A DNA stretch of 64,000 bases, taken from NCBI GenBank assembly GCA_010909165.1, contig VJWM01000196.1:345640-409639 (forward strand), in the 5' to 3' direction. The translations under genes and the position numbers were made by a program. This DNA is from Anthoceros angustus (Eukaryota; Plantae; Anthocerotophyta). Of this stretch, positions 47,501-59,699 are shown in pieces; the stretch's first letter is position 1, and each line of letters begins with the position of its first letter. A model generated the notes under the pieces. The model had not been told where the DNA came from. It saw only the letters and a list, made by a program, of their open reading frames with translations, and did no database searches.

Positions 47501-49006
47501 ACGGGTGTCAAAAACATAGTTATTGAGCTACGAGAGGTACATGGCGTATTTGCATTTGACATACGCATCAACACTAATCGGTGAGCCTTGTCGATGGGCA
47601 TCGCCAACAATGAATCTGCAAAGCGGTGAAAAGACAACCTACAACTAGAAAAACTCACGGCACCTGTGTGACTCGCTCTCAACTAGCGGGTCTCCACTCC
47701 GGATCGCGGTTCCGTCTCGGCTCCCAACCCCGGGTAGGCTCTGGATCGCGTCTCCCGGTGGCGGCTCCCTCTGCGTCTTTGGCTCGCCTCTCCGTTTCCG
47801 GGTCGACCTTCTGCCCGCCTCCTCGTGGCTCTTGGCTATCGACTCTCGGCTCGCGGCTCACATATCCTTAGCTCAAGACTCTCGGCTTCGCTGCCGCTCG
47901 TGGTTTTCGGCTTCCAAACAACAATATATTATCGAGGCGAGTTCACAACATACAAGAAGAACAGAGCTTACGCTCGGCCAAAAGCTTTGTGGGCGACCAA
48001 AACGCAAGACTAGGAAAGCCACCCATCACAGCTCCCCTTGCCGCCTTGCAAGCAGCTCCCATTCTCCATGAACTCGTACTCCAGTGGATGGTCCTCCTTC
48101 GACATACGCGAAGGTTCCGGTATCGCGCCGAGGGAGTCGAGCTCGGTGGATTTGCCTCTCGCCGGCCCCAAGGGCCAGCGGCGAGGCGGCGACCACATTG
48201 GCGACCGTGCGCCGTAGTCCGCGGGCGGACCGCCCGCCGCACCGCCACCGGCTTGATGGCCACCGGAGGTCGCCAGCAGACCGCCTTGAACACCGCCCGC
48301 CTGCCATGGCCGAGTAGCTCCACGCCTGGCATCGGCCTGCGAGGCCAACACCTTGGCGAGACTACCTTGTTGAAGGTGATCGGTCCTTCGCGCATCCGGC
48401 TTCCTCCTCTGAAGAAGTGAAGAAGCGTGGCAACCATAGCGCGCCTACATGACCTAGCGCCAGCCCCCACTTATCGGCTGGCCGACCTTGCCTCGGGAGC
48501 GGACCGGCATCTGCGTCGTGGCGCCGAGGGCGATTCCGAGTCCGCTTCTAGATTAACATTCGTGTCAAGTTCTGATTCGCCGTGAGGCAAGACCTACGCT
48601 CCATGTCCCGGTTCGGATTTTAGGTTGGGTGAATTATAACTAGGTTTGGCGAACAAGGCGGCGGCGGCGGCCGGTGAAAACCAATGATGTTGCTAGGTAG
48701 GTTCGGAAATTAGCTTCGGACTCTAGGTTTGGAAAATTCAAATCAGGTCTGGTAGAGAGAGGTCTTTAGCGGCAACAGAGGGAGAAATTAGGTTTACGAG
48801 GCTATAAAACCCTCTTCTTCGGCAAGATGCGTCTTTGTGATGTGTGGGGTTTCAGCCCCCAGTTCTTTTCGCCTCGCTCATGTGTGTGAGGCATGTGCGT
48901 TTCTTTTGTGGCTTCCTATGTGTACGTTTATTGCGGTTCATGGTTGCTGGTATTGCTTCTTTGGTTGCTTTTTCTTATTTCTCAAGTGTCTCAGTTCACG
49001 CTCGTT

Positions 49007-49084
49007 ATCGATACACTTCGCTTGCGATCGACAATTCGATACACTTTCGCTTGCGATCGACATACACACTTTCGCTTGCGATCG
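49007..49084. repeat. Three imperfect copies of ACACTTTCGCTTGCGATCG
   Basis: Read directly. Confidence 0.85.
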
Positions 49085-50473
49085 GCGGGGTTGTTCGGGT
49101 TTTCATTTATGTCACGTCGAACGCTTGGGGTTTAACATCGCGTGGTAGCGGTGTGGTGTTCTTCAAGTTGTTGACAAGAGCATAAAGGTGAATGTCTTTC
49201 TTAGTTCTTTGGATGTAGTATTTTTGTTTCCTTGCCCTCGTACTCTAAGCTGTCTACTCTGCTGATGTTTGTCATCCTTTAGTTTAGCTTGTCGTGTTTG
49301 TGGTGGAGTGGTGCTATTAGATGTTTCTTTACTTGTTGTTTAGTCCGTTTCTATTTCTCGCTTGTTTTGTATATCTTGTGTATACAGTTCATTTTTCGTA
49401 TTCTTGCATTTGTTTTAAACACTAGTGCATGTCAACCCTTAGCGATGAAGGTAGTGCAAACGTATTTGTGTTCATGTAGATAAGTTTAGTTACGTTTGTC
49501 ATTTCAATTAAACTAGGTCGTTTAGAAAAACATCTTTCTTGACCACCTATTATTGTATGTTTTGGTTTAGATGTTTTTGATGTTGTGGCCTCTTAACACT
49601 ACTCGAGTAAGTTCCGTATTCTTGTTACGGACACCTTACGCCATCCTTGGTTCTACCAATGTAGTTTATGTAAGTTATCTCCCTACGTTTGAGTGGCACT
49701 CCTCTTAACTTCTATTGCGTGGTCCTCATTGAGTTACACTATAAGTTTTTTCTCAAGAGTCGTAAAGATGATTTACTTGCAAGGTTGTTTTCTTCTCTAA
49801 TCCACTTGGCACATTGTTGGACAAGTTATTCTTACACTTTACCTTTTTATTTTGTACATCTATCTCATTTTCACAAAGTTCATTTTGCATACTTTGGAGT
49901 CTCCTTCTTATATTCAGCTGTGGTTTACAGGCAGGAGTCGTAGGCCGGGTTTAGTCTTTGCAGGTCAGTCTGTCTTTGAAGTCGTCTTCGGATAATGTTT
50001 CTGTGATAAGTTTAAGTTTGGCAATCAATTTTACTGCCAGATTTAACGATTTTGGTGGGATTTCTATCTAGATGTACCTGTTGTTCACGCTTTCTACCTT
50101 ACTGCTATGGTTTCAACATAGATGGTGGATTATTTTCACCCTCCATGGCATTGTTTTCTACTCTCTTGTAATGAATTTTCAGTATTGAAAAAAAATGACA
50201 ATAGGTCAATTCTCTAGAATTCCACCCCGCTCCCCGAAAAAATCAAGCAGCGTCGAGGCCCCGAGGCAGGCGACTTCACGCTCAAGAACGTCACCACGGC
50301 TTCTTTGCTGACCTTTCTCCATGCCTTCGTGCTCACATTAGGCGGATGCAACCATTTTGCATCCTTCCCTTCTCCCTCCAGTGCGACTTGCCGCACCTTC
50401 TTGCCCACATTGTGGTTCCTTGTCGCGATGCACGCAAACACGGCCACAATATCCTCGCTCTATACTTGCAAAC

Positions 50474-51601
50474 TCATACTCTACCTTCCTCACCGGTCTT
50501 TCTACGCAAACTTTCGTGTGGCTCGACCATGGCACATCGACTCCATTTTGCACACACTAGCTCCAACACACGCTGGTGGAAGGCCTTCCTCACTCGTCCT
50601 TCCTCATCGGACGACTCTTCATCCTCCTCCTCATTCTCTATCCACCCTCCATCGCATAACCGGCTCACAGCCATGTACACGCCACCACGCCCATGTAGCC
50701 TGCACAACACGGCTATGACATCGTCTAATGGCTTACCGGCCAGGTGCTCCGTCAATTCTCCAATTTCATGTGCTGGCAATGTAGTCGGCATGTCTTCCTC
50801 GACCTCAGCATCCGCCATCTCCACATCTTCCTCCTCGCTCCCGCTCTCCCCATCCTCGCTGCCGCTGGTGTCCTCCTCCTCACCGCCCTCCTCACCATCA
50901 TAGGCATGCGCTCCTTGGCCCTCCTCCGCAACCGCGTCCACCAGCAGACCAGTCTCCACTCCCACTGCAGGAGTTTCCTCCCCTCCAAAGGCTCCCTCCT
51001 GCCACGTTGTTGGGGGTTGTCCGTCGCCACCGAGCAGAAGGTCCACAAAACCTATGCCATCTCTCTCGGCAGCCACAGGGTCACCCTCTTGTGCACCACC
51101 ACCATGCTCCTCAAGTTGGACACAGCCCTCTTGCTCCAGACTCACGCCAATGTCCTCGTTCCCTCCGGATGTCGCTGCCCTGGCAGATCCCTCCTCTGAC
51201 AGCTTTGGAATCTCTCCTGCAGGAAACAGCTGTAGCGTTAGCTCCCCACCTGTTGGAGACACCCGCTCCACTTCCGGCCGCTTTCGCTGAGCATCGCCCG
51301 CCTCTTCGGCAGCAGACTCCACTCCTGTATGAAGGTGCTCCCCTCCGGCACCCTCCACCTCTCTCGCCGCTTCCCGCTCCACGCCATGGGCATCCACCCT
51401 CCACCTCTCTCGCCGCTTCCCGCTCCACGCCATGCATCCACCTCTCCGCGGTGGAATCGGCTTTCTCCACGACGCCCACCTCACTTGCCGCTTCCACCAT
51501 CCGCGCCGTGCTTCCATCCACCGCTGGGCGCCGTCCCTGCGCCAAGTCCCTTGCTGGACCATTTTCCGGCTTCCAAGATTCTCCTCTCGGCGGTGGCGCA
51601 A
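50474..51601 (-). CDS. Acidic low-complexity ORF inside the CACTA element (375 aa open, probably frameshifted at both ends)
   Basis: E/D/G-rich stretches (GEEGGEEEDTSGSEDGESGSEEEDVEM) followed by a more ordered segment (LDDVIAVLCRLHGRGGVYMAVSRLCDGGW). No family recognised. Confidence 0.35.
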   Translation of the reverse strand: MRHRREENLGSRKMVQQGTWRRDGAQRWMEARRGWWKRQVRWASWRKPIPPRRGGCMAWSGKRRERWRVDAHGVEREAAREVEGAGGEHLHTGVESAAEEAGDAQRKRPEVERVSPTGGELTLQLFPAGEIPKLSEEGSARAATSGGNEDIGVSLEQEGCVQLEEHGGGAQEGDPVAAERDGIGFVDLLLGGDGQPPTTWQEGAFGGEETPAVGVETGLLVDAVAEEGQGAHAYDGEEGGEEEDTSGSEDGESGSEEEDVEMADAEVEEDMPTTLPAHEIGELTEHLAGKPLDDVIAVLCRLHGRGGVYMAVSRLCDGGWIENEEEDEESSDEEGRVRKAFHQRVLELVCAKWSRCAMVEPHESLRRKTGEEGRV

Positions 51602-52059
51602 GCGTCGATGGGCCCCACCTCTCCTCCTTCCGGCGACGTTATGGGCACCGACATCCGCCGGATTGGCGGCGTTGTTCGAGCTTAAGCGAGCTTGACCAAA
51701 TCCTCAAAGTCAACGTCCCAAACCATGGTCGAGGAAGGCCAACCGAGTCACCGCACATGCACAACGACAACCGCGACAAAGTGAACAGAACTGGCGACGA
51801 TGGCCGAAGGAGGTGAGGTAACCTGTGGTGATGGGGAAGAGGGGCAAGAGGAGGAGGAGGAGGAGGAGAAGTCCTAGGGCATGCCACCGCTCATGTGCCA
51901 TGCATGCTTTCTCCGGCACAAACTCGGAGTTTGTGCACACCACCTATATTGTACATGTGGCATTCACATGCCTAAAACACACGCAACTTGATTGTCCACC
52001 ACACCTTCTGTGCACATATGGCATCCATGCATGATTGGCATATATAGGCCTCCCGTTTT

Positions 52060-52800
52060 GATGACATTTTCGTAAGCCAAGGACAAATTTAGCCCTTTAT
52101 GGATTACCATATCCTCATCGAAGGAAAATTATTTGCCATTGTTCATGCGCATTTCGTGGTCCAAGGACATTAAATTCCCATTATGTATGGTCATTTCGTG
52201 ACCCAAGGACAAATGTTCTCATTCTCCATGACCATGCCTCAGAGTCAAATTTTGGCCATTCGATGACCATTTCGAAGCCAAGGACAAATGTTTCCCATTA
52301 TGGAAGATCATTTTGTTCAAGGACATTTATTTGCCATTGTTCATTACCATTTCGTGGTCCAAGGACATAATTTTGCCATTGTTCATTACCATTTCGTGAC
52401 CCAAGGACAAATGTTTCCCATTATGTATGGTCATTTCGTGGTCCAAGGACATAATTTTGCCATTGTTCATTACCATTTCGTGACCCAAGGACAAATGTTT
52501 CCATGCATGACCATTGTAAGAATGACAATTGGTTGACATGGTTGATGACATTGCTCCGACATACTTTTGCCATTTTGGATCATCGACCAAGGACAAATGT
52601 TTGATCAACATGACCATATCTACCATTGGCCATTCTTGATGACCTTTGTAAGCCAAGGACAAATTTTTCCCTTTGTGGATTGCCGTGACACAAGGACAAA
52701 TGATTCTGTGTAGACGAGCATTCCTTCATCCAAGAACAAAATTCCATTAATCATCCCCATTTCGTGACCCAAGGACAAGTGTTCAATGCCATTTGTTAAT
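52060..52800. repeat. Minisatellite, ~42-bp unit (core CCAAGGACA), ~14 copies, partly with 84-bp higher-order structure
   Basis: CATTTCGTGACCCAAGGACAAATGTTTCCCATTATGTATGGT alternates with CATTTCGTGGTCCAAGGACATAATTTTGCCATTGTTCATTAC. Confidence 0.92.
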
Positions 52801-55649
52801 GCCCAGATGTGCATGCCATTTCAAGGGCGAAGAAGAACCCGCCATGCAAGGACCATGCATGTGTTCATTTGATATATTTATGCTTTGCCCGTTCTCGATA
52901 CCATGCCTACGATCCACCCCATGCATGCGTCCCGTCGCGACCACACATGGCAACCCCCGTGACGCATGACGGTGGGCATGTCGTGGTGAGCTGCGGCGCG
53001 GGAGGTGTGGGGAGGGGGAAGAGGAGAATAGAGACGCATGGCATGGAACAAAACATGCCATGTCGTCGGCATTGACTGGACGCTCCTGTTCTGTGTTTCT
53101 ATCTACTTCTTCTACACCATTGTGCAAGGACTGGGTGGCACGTGAGAGCCATTCAAGCAAACTAAATGCCCCCATTCATTATGTCATGAATGAAGGACCG
53201 TCCGTATGTGAATTTGCCATATATATGCCAATTCCGTTATCGCATATAATGATGTGCATCGTTCGAGACTCCCAGTACCACCAATCAAACGCGTCACATG
53301 GCGAGCGTGTCATGTATTCACACCTTGGGCGCCAAGGTGACGGCTCGACGTCACTCGCCGCATCCGCAGGATATCCGGACCTTGGGAGACATGACATCTA
53401 CCGTGTTCCGGCTCGCTTTGCCCGCGCGCGCCACCCTCCATGAATTTACCGCCAACCACATCTGGATTTACCGCCATGAGACCGCCATTCTCACATGTAA
53501 GGAACGGCTGAAATTCAAGATCCTCTCATCCGCAACCCGATGTGGCCGGGAGGAGGCTGCCTAAGGTCGTGTTCCGCTTTAAATGTCACCACCTTGCCCT
53601 CGCTTCACGCTACTACCTTTGTTTTGGTCATCTTCGCATCCGGGCGCTTGTCTTCCAGGAACACGCCTCGCCGTCGCTCTACCGCCATCTATGGACATGT
53701 GCAAGTATGCCGCAACGAGCCCGCCGAAACCACCGTGGGTATCCACCGGTAGCTCGCAAAGACGAGGCGTGTGTCATGTCTCCATCTCGCCAACTGGAAA
53801 TACCGATGGCCATCAAGGATCATATGGGAATGTTGGCGGTGTCCCCGCCTTCACGGTCGCTATCTCTTTGCTATCCCTCACGGGTCTTGCCGTCGGGTGG
53901 CGAGGTGGTTCCTTCTACCGCGCGGCATGGTGTTCGTGACCGCACGGTATGGATTGGGGTTCGCCGAGGCGCCGCATGTGAACACTTTTGTTTGGCCCTT
54001 TTCTCCAACCTCGCAGTCTGTTGGATCAACCCGCGTATGTTTGGCATCGTTGTTGCTGGTTGCCGAGCACGGCGGCCATCAAGGACGAGGGCTGCGTCAT
54101 CAACGATGGCCATCAAGGATGATGGACGGAGGTTGCTCTCCTTGTCGGCCATCAAGGACCTGGTATGGAGTGCCACCGCCTTGGCTCTGCCGCCTCGATC
54201 ACGCAGCCGTGGTGACTAGGGACGGTTTATACCTCACAATGTGGGGTATATGATTACCGTAATTAAACTGGGATGGGAAAGTCCTTCTTCTTTGATCACT
54301 ATGTGTACTTCTCATGTCACCCAATAAAACTCGATGACCGTCTCTGCCGCTGGCGGAATGGATGGGTATGGTTTGGTGCCCGCTCATACCGCTGACCGGA
54401 CATGACAAGTCACCGCTTGCACGCCCTTCCGAGTCACGCGTAATAAACAAAGTATGGTGATTGGTGCTATAGCTCTTGTCTCCTCTCCTCCAGATGCACA
54501 AGGCATTCTCTAGATTCCGTCCATTGCATACCTCGATGGAGAGAATTGGCAAGGATGATGGTCGCCGCAAGCCTCGGAAGTTGAAGGCGAGGGAGATTGA
54601 GAGAGAAGGGTAAGGTAGATGTACACGCCACCCTCCCGAGGGACCGATCCGCCCCGGGTGATGCGAAGGAAAGAGGAAAGTGGAGGAGCAATCGGGCGGC
54701 GACGGCATCCGGGCGCCGACGAGTGCCAGCAGCCAAGCCACATTTCCTCCATGGGAAGAAGAGGCGAACCGCCCCGGAGCTACAATTGCAGAGGCCACGA
54801 TCCAAGGAGGAGGTTGCGAAATTGAGTCGCCTGCTTGGATAGAACAACCGCCGATGTGGGGCTTCACGTCAAGCGCTGCCACGTGGCTCAAGCTACACAC
54901 TTCACAGAATGGAATTGGGATGCGTTGGACGAGACAAAGATGGAACGCACTCGGCACCGGGTTATGCCCTTTCAGAATGGCGACGCAACATGGGAGTCTG
55001 AGACTTTGAGACAATGAGCTCAACACTATTCCTTGTCAGATGAAGTGGACATGAAGGAGGTTGTTTACACCAAGGGGAAGGCGCCTCGAATTTTGTTCGC
55101 ATTTGCTTGCAAGCTTAGGACGATCAAGGCCGTTGTCGAACTTGATTGTGTGTGTAATCAACTTTAAATCAAAACACGCATCCCCAAATGCAATGATAAC
55201 ACGCTGTCAACCATCCCCGACCGTTGGTGCCGACCACCTAGCTAGCCAGCGCGCACATCCTCCCTTTCCATTGCGTGTCACCTACACTACGCCCAATCTC
55301 CCGCCGGAAGAGTCGGCTACACGCTGACAGCCCCATCCACCGCCGCTTAGCACCGCCGTCGCGAACGCGTGCATCCGGGCGTCGCCACCAACCGTGCTCG
55401 CCGCCCGAGTTGGGATTGGAAGACGGTGGTGGCTCGGTCGCGCAAATCGCTCATGTCCAGGCGCGAGGTTCGCGTCTGTCGATGCGTGCATCGCCTCGGC
55501 GTCGCTTTGCGATCGACGGTCTTACCCGCCGAGTGGGTCATCACGACGGGATCTCCATAAGTGACGCGTTTGTGCTTCCGTCCATGGTTTCGCAAGCACG
55601 CTGTCCTACGTGGTCTGCGTGTTTATGGGTCATGAAGTCATGATTGCAC

Positions 55650-58600
55650 ACGGGACGGGGCGTTCGGATAACGGATGTACCACGGTGGTTGCCGTGCCTA
55701 CCGATCACGACTCGGGAGGATGCCACGAAATGCGATGGTGTACATGTATTGTCCCCGCCGCTGTGTCGCGAGCTCGCGAGCTCGTATTCCCAAGACATTT
55801 CAAGAATGCTCACCGCGCCACCGCCTGTGCACCCGGTGGCCGTGAGTTCTCTCGCATCAATGGCCAGCAAATGCACTCCAATTCTAGCTTTAAGGTTTTT
55901 TTTTTGCGGTCGGCGAGACACGAGCGGCATAGAAGAGCGGCGTCTTGAGGCTCACACCACGGATTCGGATCGATGGTCAGGGGAACGTGGCCATCCTACC
56001 GACCACACTAGTAGTTCCGACGACGAAAGTATGGATGAGGGTTCGGAGGTGATGATATGCGGCGCACACCGGACGAGTTCGAAGCCACGGATGTTGCAAA
56101 GCGGCAGGATGGAGTCCGTGACACCGCTTGTCGAGGGCTAAAACCTATACCACATTGAAGAGGAAGTCCAATCGAAAGAAAGCGGGCTAAGCGCAACATC
56201 GTTGTTGCCGGCAAACCATGTATGACATCGTGACGCCGTCATCACTTTTAAAGCTCTTAAGTGTGGATATTTTGCGCCCAACAAGTCAAGGACATGTACG
56301 AGGCAAAGTCGATGTTGCACATGTTTGGGCCAAGATACGTGAAAATCCATGCTTGTGAAAAGATTGTATTCTATTCGTGGTGAGTACGCGCATCCATTGC
56401 CCAGTGGCACGCTGTACAAGGAAGGGTTTGATGAGCGAGTCGTTTCAAGGTCCTCGGCATTTCCTAAAGACGATTGAAACGCATGTTCGTAAATAGCAGA
56501 TGATGACTTGGTACGTCGGGAGGCAAAGCGAGAATGGGGACATGTCCATGATGGCGACACCCAACATGGAGAGTATTTGATGCGCTTGAAGGGTTCGGGA
56601 TGAACCTCGCAACTTGAGGTTGGCATTATGCATGACGGCTTCAACCCCTTTGGTCGCTGTGTCCGCCAACACGTCCATATGGCCGGTTATGCTATTCGTT
56701 CACAACATGCCTCCTGGCTTGCACAAAGGACGCCCATGTCATCATGCCTCTCATTGTACCAGACCGGCATGGTAAAAATTTTGATGTTTATATGGCGCCG
56801 GTAGAAGAACCGGAAGAGTTGTGGAGAGGGGTGGACATGGAAGACTTTTCAATACCGTGAACGATCCTAGGAGGCATTTTAGGTGCGGCAGCGGCCGAAC
56901 GTCATTGCCGACTACCTGTGGTTGGGCACCGATCGGATTGCAAGTGAAAGGGACCCGGGCGTGTGTGGATTGCCGGACTGGATTCCGCTATTCTCATCAA
57001 TTAAAAAGGTTTATGTTGGCAGGTGGTTGCCCGGCGATAGCGGACGGTGGGAAGACATGGATGCACGATGGACGGCGGAACTCCACCCGTGCCACCAACG
57101 CTTGATGATGTGGTGATGATATGGTACAGAGAAGGTGCGCCACCGAGATCCGCAATGAGGAAATTTTGGAACGCGCGATGTCTTCTCTGTTAGGGTGCTC
57201 CCATATTGGCGCCACCTTCTTGTGATGGCGCCAAAGGATGTCATGCGTGGAAAAGAACAATGCAGAGGCCATATGGCACACTTTGACGGAGAGCGAGACG
57301 ACCTAGCATCAAGGATGGACATGGAAGCCAATGGAGGGAAAAGGTGGTTGTGAGGAGAGGATCGCCATTGCCGAGGCGCCTTACGCTTTGGCGAAAGACG
57401 ACCTCCGTCAAGTCATAGAGAGAATTAAACGCATAAAGCTGCCCACGCTATGGGTCTAACATAGGAGCGAAATTAGAGGGGGCAAAGTGGCGCTTGAAGT
57501 GCCATGATCGGCACATCATGCTGGAAATCATCTTCCCATCGTCCTTCGGGTGCATAGACCCGAGGTGTACAAGGCGGTTGTGAAATTGGGTCGATCAGAC
57601 AGATGGATTTGCCCGGACAATACCGGCCATGAAATTCAAGCACAACGAGAAGAGGTGATGATGCTCTGGAAAAGCAATTCCCTCCAAAGGTCTTTGATAT
57701 ATCAACCCACCTCATAATACATTTAGTGGACGAGGTGCATTGGGCCCAGTGCACACTGGTGGATGTACCCGGGAGAGATACTTAGGATCCAGGACAAGGC
57801 GCCACACAAACCAGAGTCCAAGATAGCCGTGGGGTATATGAGAGAGGAGAGTATGCATTTTGGCATGTCATTCCGGCGTTACTATGGTCACGTCGGTGGA
57901 TCATGGAGTCCCGAGGACCGTGTGGGAGAAAAGTGTCGGCGTCTGCATACACAATGGATGCCGCTGAGGTGCGCCAGCCCATACTTATGTGCTGATCACA
58001 CGAAGGTGATGCAGCTTTTGGACATGTACGAAGAGGTGAGGATGTACGGTGCACATGAGGAACGACAAGTTTCAAGAGGTGGGTGCATGTAAGAAGGCGG
58101 TGAGCGCTTGGGAGGGGGCATCCTGCTATGACCCACGTGAGGGCTATAATGGATGGCCTTGCAAGCACGGCACATAGTCACATGTGGAACAAAGGCAGCC
58201 ACCTCGTATCAGGAGGCGTATAAACGCGGCGAGCACAAAAGATAGCAAAAGTTTATCATGGTGGGACAGGCCGGGAGCTCAAGAGGAGCGCGCTCTTCTA
58301 CGGCCACATAGAGCAACATCATGGATGCGCTTCGAGGAGTATAATCCAGTTGAAGGTTGGATGGTAGTGTCGGCCGGGAGGGACAAGGCCATCGCCGCTA
58401 AGTCGTACACCGGGTTTGACCTTGTGAATACCGAGAAGGTTTCCGTGCTGGTGCACTCCATCGATGGTCCATTTGTGTGGCCATCGCAGTAACTCGCATG
58501 ATGCATCCGGAGATGCGGATGGAAACAGGGTGGGCCTGGCCGTGCCTACTCGGCGAGGGATGGAGAGGAGGAACCCATGCGTGCACATAGATTGTGGCAT

Positions 58601-59450
58601 GTCGCTTGAGTAGTGCGGATGGGCAAAACCGATGCCAAGTGGGCATTAAAGTATTTCCAAACAAACAAGCACGATCCAATGGCGAATGTGCCAATACCCA
58701 AGTGACGTGTGGGAATCGAGGAAGTCGATGATTATGGTAAAATGGAGTAATGGGGCATTGAGCGCTGCGCCATTTGGGCAATATCATACATCACGAGTAA
58801 CGCAACGAAACCAATGGGACATGAAAATTGCTCCACCGCCGAGGTTGTGGTCAAAAGTGATTATGGGCAAGTAAGTGCACAAGACCGGGTCCCGCCGATA
58901 GCGAATGACCACCACCGCCTTTGCAAACAAGCTTTTCAAAATGGTTGAATGCGCAGGACTCATGGCGGCCTTTCACCCGAGAGGAAGCCATTGCCTCAAG
59001 ATGGAACGGCGGTGGACAACCGTTCACGGGTGGAGAGTATGGCTGAGGCTTGCCGGGGAGTCGTATGAAGGCGCGCGAACACCACGCTGGCGGCGTGCCG
59101 ACGCGCCGACGACGATGGACCGATGGGAGGATGGGGGCAACCGCCTCGGTATCTCGCTCATCCACCGCACACCGCGTCTCATTCGACATCGGCGACCAAG
59201 AAGCGGCCTCCTCATCAAGACGGCGTGGAAGGTAAGAGGCGAGGGGCGAGATGGCACGAACGGAGTTGATTTTGACGACGCCGAGATGGAACCTCCCACC
59301 CACGGATGCGAGTTGGAGCATTGCGTGAAGAACGAAATAGAGGAGGAGCTATTTACGCTTGGATGAGGTTGGTTGCAGACTGCGTAACGGCAAGTGATGC
59401 CGGCAAAGTGTGCACACGCTCAAGTTTGCGTGCCGGATGAGTGCATGGTG
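55650..59450 (+). pseudogene. En/Spm Tnp2-type transposase, heavily frameshifted
   Basis: Pieces in shifting frames: MYCPRRC (transposase-associated domain, ~55745); HDGFNPFG (~56640); KNFDVYMAPVE (~56780); LKCHDRHIML (~57495); ERYLRI..PESKIAVGYMREESMHF (~57780-57860). This is the Tnp2 domain order. Confidence 0.85.
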
Positions 59451-59699
59451 GACAAACGGGTAACAGAGCACCGCATGCCGGTGTTTAAGCATGGGGACAA
59501 GGGAGGCAACCTTCGAGGTCGGGCGGTGGCAACGATTGCAAGGGAAAGTGGAATCGGAAGGCCGGGCAGGACCGACCGACGCAAGCACTTGATCTCGAAT
59601 GGCGCAATCAATTTCGCAAGGGGTGGTGTTCTAACACGGTGATGAGCAGGTCTGATGCGCGGTGAGTGGTGGACAACGATGCATGTTAAAGCCTTGATA

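Noticed and set aside
52060-52800. CRISPR array (also considered for 1138-1371 and 6782-6868)
   Set aside because: No unique spacers and no cas genes; eukaryotic context. These are minisatellites.
53245-53283. tRNA-like 3' end GTTCGAGACTCCCAGTACCACCA
   Set aside because: No acceptor stem, D-arm or anticodon arm upstream.
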